From Desulfotomaculum sp. (GTDB lineage Bacteria > Bacillota > Desulfotomaculia > Desulfotomaculales > Desulfallaceae): a DNA stretch of 64,000 nucleotides. A model generated the notes under the pieces. That model was not told where the DNA came from. It saw nothing but the letters and a program-made list of their open reading frames with translations, and made no database searches. Of the stretch, positions 31,267-39,877 are shown one piece after another; the first letter of the stretch is position 1; the number at the start of each line of letters is the position of its first letter. A program made the translations under genes and the position numbers. Where the stretch lies: the NCBI GenBank assembly GCA_016841675.1, contig JAENYQ010000007.1, forward strand, positions 1,638 to 65,637, read 5' to 3'.

Positions 31267-31488
31267 ATGTTAAATTTAGATCACATAAAATTAAGAATTA
31301 TGGGATGGCTGTCAGTCAATTCTAATTTAATTCAACTAAAAAAACCATTAAACAAAGTTGCCTTTATATTAATCATTGTAGCATATCTTCTACCCTCGCC
31401 CGTTTGGCTTTCCGATCTTTTGTTCTGGCTAGCTATAACTATTGCCATTTTTCTCACCTATTTAGAATATAAATATAAATTCAAATAG
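31267..31488 (+). CDS. Small two-TM membrane protein (73 aa)
   Basis: RBS AGGAG. Two hydrophobic helices. Follows the secreted-protein gene. Confidence 0.45.
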   Translation: MLNLDHIKLRIMGWLSVNSNLIQLKKPLNKVAFILIIVAYLLPSPVWLSDLLFWLAITIAIFLTYLEYKYKFK

Positions 31489-31512
31489 GTCACTAATAAG
31501 TTCTCTGGTTCA

Positions 31513-31570
31513 AAAGGGCTGCTGCACAATGAACCGATTATTCAAAGTGCAATAGCCCTTTTTTGTCAGA
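31513..31570 (+). terminator. Long imperfect hairpin followed by TTTTTT
   Basis: AAAGGGCTGCTGCAC...GTGCAATAGCCCTTTTTT. Confidence 0.55.
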
Positions 31571-31577
31571 ATAAAAA

Positions 31578-31935
31578 AGAACTGTTGGGGAAAAAAGCTT
31601 GAGCTTAAAAAACTTTCTGCAAACCGGACCATCAGGGCGTTCCGGTTTTTTTGTCCAGGTTCTATTTTTAGACGGCAATAGTATTAATTTGACATAAATA
31701 GCAGAAAACTGTAAGGCTTAAATAGAACAATATACGGCATAAACAGTTGACTGTCCCCCCAATATCAGTAAAAAGAAGAGCCTACTGAAAGAAGGTTTTT
31801 ACTTTGAAAGCTGGAAGAATCATGGGGCAAGGTTTGAGAAAAAGCTTAAAGAGCAGCAGAAAACTGATAATCATAAAAGAAAGAGAGTTTTATATTTGCG
31901 TCTGGCTGCCTCCGCTGGTGTGATTATCATTTTAG
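31578..31935 (+). repeat. Second copy of the gatD 3' tip, terminator and sigma promoter region, fused to an anti-sigma 5' fragment (sigma gene deleted)
   Basis: Aligns to 18195-18426 and then jumps to 19087-19210. Ends abruptly at 31935. Confidence 0.85.
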
Positions 31936-31967
31936 AACAGCACATTGATATCGATACAAACAGCAAA

Positions 31968-32573
31968 TTAAAATTCCTGTAAAACCCGTAAAAACGCACA
32001 TAAAATTCGGCAACTGTAATGCACCACAATCCGCTGCCTAAGCGACTCATGCACCGGCTTTTCCAAAATAGAGGACAGATAAGGCTGGCCGATAAAAACC
32101 AGGGCAAAGCAATCCAGGCTATCAAAATGAGCATTCATTAGCATCCTAATATCCCGAAAAATACCCGCGTTTAAATACTGACTTTCATCGATAGCCAGAA
32201 TAAATGTTTTACGCTTCTCCTTAAGCAAATAAAAAAGCCGTTCCTGGATATTTCTGAACATAACCGACTTCTTAGTACTGTAATCCAAGCCCAGTTCAAA
32301 AGAAAACTGGTGATAAAACTCGGACACACTCACCGTAGAAAGGCAAATATACGAAAGCCTGAAAAGATTGGGGTTCAAGTTTTTAGCAAAACAGCGCAGG
32401 GCAAAAGTCTTACCCATACCGGGCGGGGCGGTAAAAAGACCGATACCCCGGGTATTTTTCAGATAATCCAGCCGGGAAAGCATCTGCTTAAAATCCCCGG
32501 ACTTAAAAGCATAACTTTTCGGAATGGATTTATCGAAAGGATTAAAAGACAGGCCATAAAAAGAATTAAACAT
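31968..32573 (-). pseudogene. TniB/ExeA-like AAA ATPase (second, distinct copy; aberrant C-terminus)
   Basis: Walker A APPGMGKT, Walker B ILAIDESQ, ...FIGQPYL. The C-terminal third is missing or frameshifted. Confidence 0.7.
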
Positions 32574-33577
32574 CGGAAGGGCCCTCCATCCTGGAATAAT
32601 CAATGGCGTGCACATTATTGCGCTTAGTACGCCCGTTTTCCACCCGGTTGGCGGCCCGGATAGGATAATGTTTACCCTCGAAAAAAATATAAGCATCCTG
32701 CATACAATCGGGCAGATAGCGGATCTCCACCCCTGGACCGGATGAACTGCATGGGCACGTCATAATAAACAGCGCCAATGGAAACCGTAGCATCCAGATT
32801 CACCTTCCTGGTAATGCGGTTCATGAAACAATCATCCAGCCACTGGCGGCTTTGGGGCAGCCGGACATGGCCAATACCCCGCTGATAACGCTCCATAGGC
32901 GTCTCACCAATGGTGCGGTTGAAACTGGTATTGCGCTTACGGACATAATCAGTCAGCAAACGATTGAGCTCCTCCAGCTATGATACACCTGAAGTATCAA
33001 AACCATAAAGCCAGGTATCCTTAATGGTTCTAAAGCTCCGTTCAACCTTCGCCTTGGATGCCCCATCACGAACAGGTGTATGTATTTTTACAATGCCCAG
33101 AGAGCCGCAAATCAGTGTGAGCTGAGCATTGGCATAAGTAGAACCATGATCGATATACAGTTTATTGCAAATCCCGTGGCGGGCAATGGCGTCCTTTAGG
33201 ACAATTTGAAAGTTATAGGCGTTATCGTTACAGAAAAAACGGGCCGCCACAATTAGGCGTGAGTGGTCGTCCATCACATGAATAAGATAAGTGTGCCTGG
33301 ATTTGCCGCCCTCTTTGATGTAGGTGGTATACGACGTATCCGCCTGATACATACCGCCGGGTAAGCCTCTTCAAAAAGCCTTGCGGTCCTTTTGGTTGGG
33401 GTTAACCGTCGCCCTCAGGTCGTTGTGCTTGATAAAACGCTGCACACTGGAAACAGAAACCCCGGATTGGTTAATGAAACCATCCTCAATCAGCTTATGG
33501 TAGATCAAGGTGGCGTTAACCGGGGCGATTAAGGCGAATCGGAAATAGGCCATTAAGAAACATGGAGCACCGATCAT
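32566..33577 (-). pseudogene. rve (DDE) integrase-type transposase, Tn552/TniA-like, in at least 3 frames and 5'-truncated
   Basis: DDE core ...IHVMDDHSR...YIDHGSTY...KAKVERSF... (32978-33352). C-terminal pieces in other frames. HTH fragment at 33371-33545. Confidence 0.7.
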
Positions 33578-33689
33578 CTTAAATAGCGATCAGGGTAGTC
33601 AATTCACCAGCCCTATTTATGTTAATACATTGAAAGAGTATGGCATCAAGATCAGCATGGACGGTAAAGGCAGAGCCTTAGATAGCGTT
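33549..33689 (+). pseudogene. IS3-family-like integrase-core fragment
   Basis: ...HGAPIILNSDQGSQFTSPIYVNTLKEYGIKISMDGKGRALD... with no 5' or 3' continuation. Confidence 0.6.
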
Positions 33690-33854
33690 AATGGTAGCGA
33701 TAGCTATGTTGACATAAGCTGGAACGATACAGCTGCGAGCAATGTCTATTATGGCGGTTACGGTTTATTTTACAATGATGAATATGGCTACAAGAGTGGA
33801 AAGAACAATGGCATCACCCCGTCTTGCCCCTAACTATTTAAAAACCATAAGTTT

Positions 33855-33881
33855 AGGTGGGTAAGCAACACTTACCCACCT
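33855..33881 (+). terminator. Hairpin after an orphan C-terminal ORF fragment
   Basis: AGGTGGGTAAG-CAACA-CTTACCCACCT. Weak T-run. Confidence 0.4.
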
Positions 33882-33904
33882 AATAACCAAAAAAAGGGAG
33901 TTGA

Positions 33905-34144
33905 ATGGAGTTGAATCTTGGTTCTAATTGGCTTTTAGTTTTACTGATAATATATACCCCGCTTATTTTACTAAAATATACTTCATTAAAAGAAGGTAAG
34001 GGTTGGTTGCCCCAGGTTTTTTTAACAATTTCTATTGCTATTATATTTGTAATTACAGACGGTATTGGTGATTACTTATTAATTGTGTTGTATGACTTGT
34101 TCTGGACTGGTTCAATATATTTTTACCTGAATAAAAGAAAATGA
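33905..34144 (+). CDS. Small three-TM membrane protein (79 aa)
   Basis: RBS AAGGGAG. Hydrophobic helices. AT-rich. Confidence 0.45.
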   Translation: MELNLGSNWLLVLLIIYTPLILLKYTSLKEGKGWLPQVFLTISIAIIFVITDGIGDYLLIVLYDLFWTGSIYFYLNKRK

Positions 34145-34160
34145 AGGGGTGCCTATATAT

Positions 34161-34797
34161 ATGAAAAAATTTCTTATTATTGTTTTTATATTTTGTTTTT
34201 TTAGCACACCATGTGAAGCCAAAGATGATTCTCAACCCCAAGATTTTTTTTTAAAAGCATCTCTGGCTAGCTTGTTTTGTACAAGTAAATATTTTGGATA
34301 TGCCAAAATAATGGGTATCGAAGACGGTCTAATTGAAGCTGGAGTTCTAATGCAAGTTTTAGATGATGATTTAGATAATGATATGTGTGATTATCGGTTT
34401 AATCGTAACGGGGGAGATGTAATAGAAAATGATCCTTTAATAATAGATTTGCGTAACGAAAATGATTATAATCTTGGACATATTCCAAGTGCAATTATGG
34501 ATTGCTAATGCTGAAGACATAATAAAGGCCGAAAATATTAAAAAACTGAAAAAAGAACTATCTATTCATATTGATAACGGTGGAAAAAATGAAATAGTTG
34601 CATATTGCTATACAGGGCATAAATCAGGTTTAGCTTGTGGTTTCTTAAGAGCTTACGGACTAAATATCAAAAATCTTATGTACGGATACACATTGGCCTG
34701 GGAAGGAACCGATATCCCCCATATCCCTTATTTAGAGGCACCTAGAGAAAATTCACAAGGCGTTACTGTCCCCTATAAAAATATTCCTTCAACTTGA
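34161..34797 (+). pseudogene. Secreted rhodanese-domain protein, frameshifted near 34495
   Basis: Signal peptide. IIDLRNENDYNLGHIPSAI in one frame and AYCYTGHKSG (active-site loop) in the next. Confidence 0.6.
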
Positions 34798-35010
34798 AGT
34801 AGCATAACTTCCTGTGGGACACAGGAATAATAAAAAAATCCAAACTACAATTCGTATAAACTGGTCATTAATTGAAGATGCAATATTTTTTAAAAAACAT
34901 AAGCATAAGCTTATTCATGATGATGGTAGTGACGACGAAATGGTAAAATATACCTCTATCAAAGTTGACTTTATTTAAAGATTGACCTAAAAGATATGGC
35001 CATGGGGCAA

Positions 35011-35208
35011 TCATTTTAACCCCATGGCTATTCTAATTAATTTAAAATAAAACAAGATTAAACCAACAAAAGGCAATAATATGATTGCAGCTAACCATGG
35101 TATAGGATTGTATTTATATTTTTTGCTATGAAAAAATAAAATTATAATAGAAATAATGTAAACTATTATTAAAAAATGATTAAATAATTGTAATACTTGT
35201 ATATTCAA
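35011..35208 (-). CDS. Small membrane protein, PLDc_N-like
   Basis: The PWLAAIILLPFVGLILFY motif resembles the PLD nuclease N-terminal (cardiolipin synthase N-terminal) domain. Confidence 0.45.
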   Translation of the reverse strand: MNIQVLQLFNHFLIIVYIISIIILFFHSKKYKYNPIPWLAAIILLPFVGLILFYFKLIRIAMGLK

Positions 35209-35385
35209 TTTTTATCAGCTCCCTAAGTGATTCTAGAGCGAGGATGCTTACAATCTAATTAGTAATCGCATTTATAAACTCCAAAGCGAGGTGCATATCG
35301 ATGCTAGAATTACAGTAGATTTTTCCCCATGAGTTATTATAATACACTAGGTTTTGGGATAGGGAATTTTTCGTAGTTGCTTACA

Positions 35386-35496
35386 ACGCTTTCGCTACAG
35401 AGGAGGGGACAGGACTACCGATTGGAGCCTCTGGACGACGGTTTCGAGGAGTTGGCAAACTAGGCGACGGTGGAAAAATTATTGGGTAAAATTTAA
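35386..35496 (+). pseudogene. Relic of the gatD 3' end (third copy)
   Basis: About 85% identical by eye to 18103-18213. Same reading frame but with an in-frame TAG. Confidence 0.8.
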
Positions 35497-35682
35497 ATTT
35501 TGGATATAAAACCCAGGATGAGTTATTATTTCCCGAGTTTTATTATTTTAATTGTAAACAGCTTGTTTCCCGGCACATGTTATTTACAATTTGCATAATA
35601 CTGTTTTACTATTGCCTGCATATAATGTAATACCTGAGGAAGTACCCAGGCTTAATCTCTCACCAAAGGCGGGGTTATATAG

Positions 35683-36840
35683 ATGTCCGGTAAATATACC
35701 ATTTCGCGCGAAGACTGGTCTTTGCACCGTAAAGGCGAGATCGACCGGGAGCGTCATCGGGAGAAAGTAAAAGAGGCTATTAAAAAAAACCTGGCTGACG
35801 TGGTCAGCGAGGAAAGTATTATTTTGTCAGACGGCAGGAAAGTGGTCAAGGTGCCCATCCGTTCCCTGGATGAATACCATTTCCGTTTTGACACAGGCAA
35901 ACGTAAGCACGCGGGGCAGGGTGATGGTAATTCAAAGGAAGGGGACCTGCTGGGCAGCGACCAGAAGAAGGCAGACGGGCCTGGTAAAAGTCCCGGCGCC
36001 GGTGATGAACCCGGAGTAGATTATTATGAAGCCGAGATCACCATTGATGAATTGGCCCAGTTAATTTTCGAAGACCTGGGCCTGCCAAACCTGCAGCAGA
36101 AGAAAAAGCCGGAACTGGCCTCCGAGGCCTTTGAATTCAAAGATGTCAGAAAGATGGGCATATCCAGCAATATTGACCGCAAGAGAACCATTATGGAAGC
36201 CATGAAACGTAATGCGCTTAAGGGGGGCATCAAGGGCACATACAATATTACCAGGGATGACCTGCGTTTTAAAACCTGGGACGTTACCTTTAAGTACGAA
36301 AGCAGCGCTGTGGTGCTGGCCATGATGGACACTTCAGGTTCGATGGGGCCCTGGGAAAAGTACATTGCCCGCAGTTTTTTCTTCTGGATGGTTCGTTTTT
36401 TGCGCACCAAGTATCAGAATGTGCAGATAGTGTTTCTGGCTCACCATGTAGAGGCCAGGGAAACCACAGAGGAAGAGTTTTTTACCAAGGGAGCCAGCGG
36501 TGGAACCCGTTGTTCTTCTGTATATAAACTAGCGCTGGAAATCATTGAGGAACGTTACAGCCCCCAGGATTACAACATTTATGCTTTTCACTTTTCCGAC
36601 GGGGATAATCTGTCTTCCGACAACGAACGATGTGTCCGCTATGTGAATGAACTGCTCAAGATATGTAACCTTGTAGGTTATGGAGAGATTGAGGGGCCAT
36701 ACTATCACGCCAGCACGCTGCGCAACGCGTTTAAAAAACTCAGCGATAATAACTTTACCAGCATTGGGATTAAGGATAAAAGCGATGTGTATCCGGCCTT
36801 GAAAAAATTTTTCCATAACCGTAATGAGTCCAAGGCATGA
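35683..36840 (+). CDS. yhbH: Sporulation protein YhbH (DUF444)
   Basis: Full-length DUF444 similarity ([10 protein letters not shown]...[12 protein letters not shown]...). Confidence 0.9.
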   Translation: MSGKYTISREDWSLHRKGEIDRERHREKVKEAIKKNLADVVSEESIILSDGRKVVKVPIRSLDEYHFRFDTGKRKHAGQGDGNSKEGDLLGSDQKKADGPGKSPGAGDEPGVDYYEAEITIDELAQLIFEDLGLPNLQQKKKPELASEAFEFKDVRKMGISSNIDRKRTIMEAMKRNALKGGIKGTYNITRDDLRFKTWDVTFKYESSAVVLAMMDTSGSMGPWEKYIARSFFFWMVRFLRTKYQNVQIVFLAHHVEARETTEEEFFTKGASGGTRCSSVYKLALEIIEERYSPQDYNIYAFHFSDGDNLSSDNERCVRYVNELLKICNLVGYGEIEGPYYHASTLRNAFKKLSDNNFTSIGIKDKSDVYPALKKFFHNRNESKA

Positions 36841-38330
36841 CGAAAGGAGCGATGCCGTTGCACCCGACCCTTGAACTTAAAGCGCTAGATGAGGCCACTG
36901 AAAAAATAGATGCTATTGCCCGCAATTTTAACCTGGATTTTTACGACATGTATTTTGAAATATGTCCGGCGGATATAATTTATTCCTTTGGCGCGTACGG
37001 CATGCCGACCAGGTTTTCGCACTGGACTTTCGGCAAGGCTTATCACAAAATGAAAACTCAGTATGATTACAACCTGAGCCGCATTTACGAAATGGTGATC
37101 AATTCAGACCCCTGTTATGCTTTCCTGCTGGAGGGGAACTCGCTGGTGCAGAACAAGATGGTAATAGCCCATGTTCTGGCACACAACGACTTTTTTAAGA
37201 ACAACCACTACTTTAAACGCACTACTAAAAAAATGGTGGAAAGCATGTCCACGGCGGCAAACCGAATTAGAGAGTACGAGTTTAAGTACGGTCGTGACCG
37301 AGTGGAGTCTTTTCTGGATTCAGCAATTGCAGTTCAGGAACATGTAGATCCGCAGCATCACATTTCAGCTGTAGCAAAAAAAACTGAGGGCCATGAGGAA
37401 CATGGTTGTTCCGTCGGGAAGTGCAGTCATGGCCAATGCAGCAATAAACACAGCCAGGGAGCCTCCCCATCCCCATACGATGATCTGTGGGATCTGGATC
37501 AAAAGGAATGTGCCGGCAAGTGCGGCGGCGGGGAACAACGGGAGAAAAAATTTCCCCGGCAACCGGAAAAAGACCTGCTTCTATTCATGATGGAACATGC
37601 TCGGGACCTGGAAGAATGGCAACGAGATATTTTATCTATTATCCGGGAGGAGATGTTGTACTTCTGGCCTCAGATGCAGACTAAAGTTATGAACGAGGGA
37701 TGGGCCACTTATTGGCATATGCGAATTATAAGGGAACTTGATTTAACCGGTGATGAGGCCGTAGAGTTTGCTAAAATGCACGCCGGTGTAATTCATCCAT
37801 CCAGATACACGCTCAACCCTTATTTGTTGGGGCTTAAAATCTTCGAGGATATTGAGAAGAGATGGGATAATCCTTCTGATGAAGAACGTGCTAAATTTGA
37901 TCGCAAGGGTAACGAGGGAAAAAGTAAAATTTTCGAGGTCAGGGAATCTGAAAATGATATCTCTTTCATTCGCAATTACCTAACCAGGGAACTTATTGAC
38001 GATCTGGATCTGTACCTTTATAAAAAGGTGGGCCACGAGTGGAAAGTGGTAGACAAAGACTGGGAGAAGGTCCGTGACGGACTAGTAAGAAACCTTTACA
38101 ATTGCGGGTACCCGCACATTGTAGTAGAAAATGGCGATTTTGGCAAGCGGGGAGAAATATACCTCAAACATATCCACGAAGGGATGGACCTGGATGTCTT
38201 TTACCTGGAAAAGACCCTACCTCACGTGTTTAAAATCTGGGGTCGGCCAGTGCATATGGAAACGGCGGTGGATGGAAAAGAGGTTCTTTTCTCATATAAC
38301 GGAGAAAAGGTAAGTAAAAAATTTATTTAG
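36837..38330 (+). CDS. spoVR: Stage V sporulation protein R (SpoVR family)
   Basis: Full-length SpoVR similarity. ATGA overlap with yhbH. Start may instead be a few codons downstream. Confidence 0.9.
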   Translation: MTKGAMPLHPTLELKALDEATEKIDAIARNFNLDFYDMYFEICPADIIYSFGAYGMPTRFSHWTFGKAYHKMKTQYDYNLSRIYEMVINSDPCYAFLLEGNSLVQNKMVIAHVLAHNDFFKNNHYFKRTTKKMVESMSTAANRIREYEFKYGRDRVESFLDSAIAVQEHVDPQHHISAVAKKTEGHEEHGCSVGKCSHGQCSNKHSQGASPSPYDDLWDLDQKECAGKCGGGEQREKKFPRQPEKDLLLFMMEHARDLEEWQRDILSIIREEMLYFWPQMQTKVMNEGWATYWHMRIIRELDLTGDEAVEFAKMHAGVIHPSRYTLNPYLLGLKIFEDIEKRWDNPSDEERAKFDRKGNEGKSKIFEVRESENDISFIRNYLTRELIDDLDLYLYKKVGHEWKVVDKDWEKVRDGLVRNLYNCGYPHIVVENGDFGKRGEIYLKHIHEGMDLDVFYLEKTLPHVFKIWGRPVHMETAVDGKEVLFSYNGEKVSKKFI

Positions 38331-38384
38331 CACCGACCCGCATGTTTATAAAAAACTAATAGTGACAAAGAGTCCTGAAGGGAT

Positions 38385-38425
38385 AAAAAAAATAGGGCCG
38401 TGGTGTACACCACGGCCCTATTTTT
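38385..38425. terminator. Bidirectional terminator (perfect 28-bp palindrome)
   Basis: A-run, TAGGGCCGTGGTGTACACCACGGCCCTA, T-run. Confidence 0.85.
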
Positions 38426-38687
38426 CTACTCTTTTACCAACTCCACTGTTCCCCCTGCTTCTTTAATGGAATCAATAATGCCAGACAAGTTGGCACCGCC
38501 TGCCAATAGCGGTATTCTTACAATCAGGCAGATCCCGGAAGGTGATGTTAGCTCAATAAGATTAAGCAGATTAATTACGGCACCGGCGGGAATGAAAATT
38601 CTAATTAGTGTCCCGGTAATTGGGGGCAAGGTTGAGCAGGTACTGGTACTTTTTTATAATTTTATGCATTCCATTTTCCGTTGTCAT
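38426..38687 (-). pseudogene. NIL-domain (ferredoxin-fold) small protein with apparent +1C frameshift
   Basis: Frame A reads MTTENGMHKIIKKYQYLLNLAP. Frame B reads PITGTLIRIF..AVINLLNLIEL...GGTVELV. They join if the C5 run at 38623-38627 is C4. Confidence 0.45.
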
Positions 38688-38933
38688 TCATGTAATAAAT
38701 CCCTCCTATTTTTTTATATACCATCATATGGCTAATATGTAAAAGGGTTCCTTGCCGTAATAATTTTGTCTAAATAAGTGAAAATTTTTTTATCCATTTG
38801 AAATTTGCATCCAATAGTAGCAATTTGTTGCCGTTATGGGTTGGGGATAAAAAAAATAAATTAGGGAGAAAATAATTATTGGAGGTGAATTAGTCTGAAC
38901 AAAACAGTTACAGTACTCATAGTTAAGTTTGCC

Positions 38934-39248
38934 ATGACCCTTATTTTTGCTGCCATTGCATTTATTACTCTGATTAACAATGCCTGGAGCTGGGTGCTTC
39001 TAGTAGCCCTGGCGGGGACGGCTATTAATTACTGGGTCGGTGATTTAATGGTTTTGCCCAAATACGGTAATATAGTGGCTTCATTGGGTGACGGGGTAAT
39101 GGCTGCTTTGGTTGCATTTATTGTGGATTTGCTAGTTGTTCCTTTTCGAACCGGCCTGTCTTCTCTAGTTCTGTTTGCTGTACTGATCGCGGTTGGAGAG
39201 TACTTTTTCCACCAGTACCTGCGCCGGCCGGAAAAAGCTGAGGCGTAG
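38934..39248 (+). CDS. YndM/DUF2512-like membrane protein
   Basis: GDLMVLPKYGN motif with 3-4 TM segments. The frame is open upstream to 38889 with GGAGGTG nearby, so the true start may be non-ATG. Confidence 0.65.
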   Translation: MTLIFAAIAFITLINNAWSWVLLVALAGTAINYWVGDLMVLPKYGNIVASLGDGVMAALVAFIVDLLVVPFRTGLSSLVLFAVLIAVGEYFFHQYLRRPEKAEA

Positions 39249-39281
39249 AAAATTTAATTTTCAAGCTCTTATAGTAAGCGC

Positions 39282-39320
39282 AAAAGGGCTCGGGTCGCTA
39301 AATGCGATCCGAGCCCTTTT
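39282..39320. terminator. Bidirectional terminator
   Basis: AAAAGGGCTCGGGTCGC-loop-GCGATCCGAGCCCTTTT. Confidence 0.85.
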
Positions 39321-39433
39321 GGGGTAACACTTAGAATATTATCAACCTCGCAACCCAAAACCAGTATACTACTAATTCAAATGCTTAACCTAAAACATGT
39401 TGATGTTTGTGATTTTATTGCATCGTTACGTTG

Positions 39434-39541
39434 TTATTTTTTTGCTTCATATGCACCAAAGAATGGAAACATTCCGAATACCAGCAGAATAAGGACCAAA
39501 AATAGTATGAAACTACCGCTACCACCAGAACCGTAAGCCAT
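39434..39541 (-). CDS. Tiny Gly-rich TM protein, YjcZ-like (35 aa; below the ORF-track cutoff)
   Basis: GGAGGG RBS 8 nt upstream. MAYGSGGSGSFILFLVLILLVFGMFPFFGAYEAKK resembles the YjcZ tiny-TM sporulation family. Confidence 0.6.
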   Translation of the reverse strand: MAYGSGGSGSFILFLVLILLVFGMFPFFGAYEAKK

Positions 39542-39877
39542 AGAATTAACCCTCCTTGCTTTAGTTATTTTGGTTTTTTAGATCTTCGGTTTATAATATG
39601 CGATCATCTCAGTATGTGTTAACATCGGTGGTAAAATGATATTAACCGCCTGGCACTCTTAAATGTGCTTAGTTAAGCAAATGGGTTCGAACAGAATGCC
39701 ATGGCAAACTTTAGCGAGAATTTTTCTGTGTTTAAAATTAATAAAGCATACATCTTTAGGCATGATATACCTAAAGATGTACGTTAGGCACAATTTACCC
39801 ACCGCCAGCAGGGTTATTTTTTTGCACATTTAACAATAATAACAAACAAAAGAATACTAATGTTTTGGAGTGATGAC

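Noticed and set aside
18217-35385. The island as a prophage or a conjugative element.
   Set aside because: No capsid, tail, terminase, relaxase, coupling-protein or T4SS-like ORFs are present, only IS/transposon remnants and small secreted or membrane proteins.
38400-38735. A 111-aa plus-strand ORF.
   Set aside because: It is antisense to the NIL-domain reading frames and runs through the bidirectional terminator. It has no RBS.
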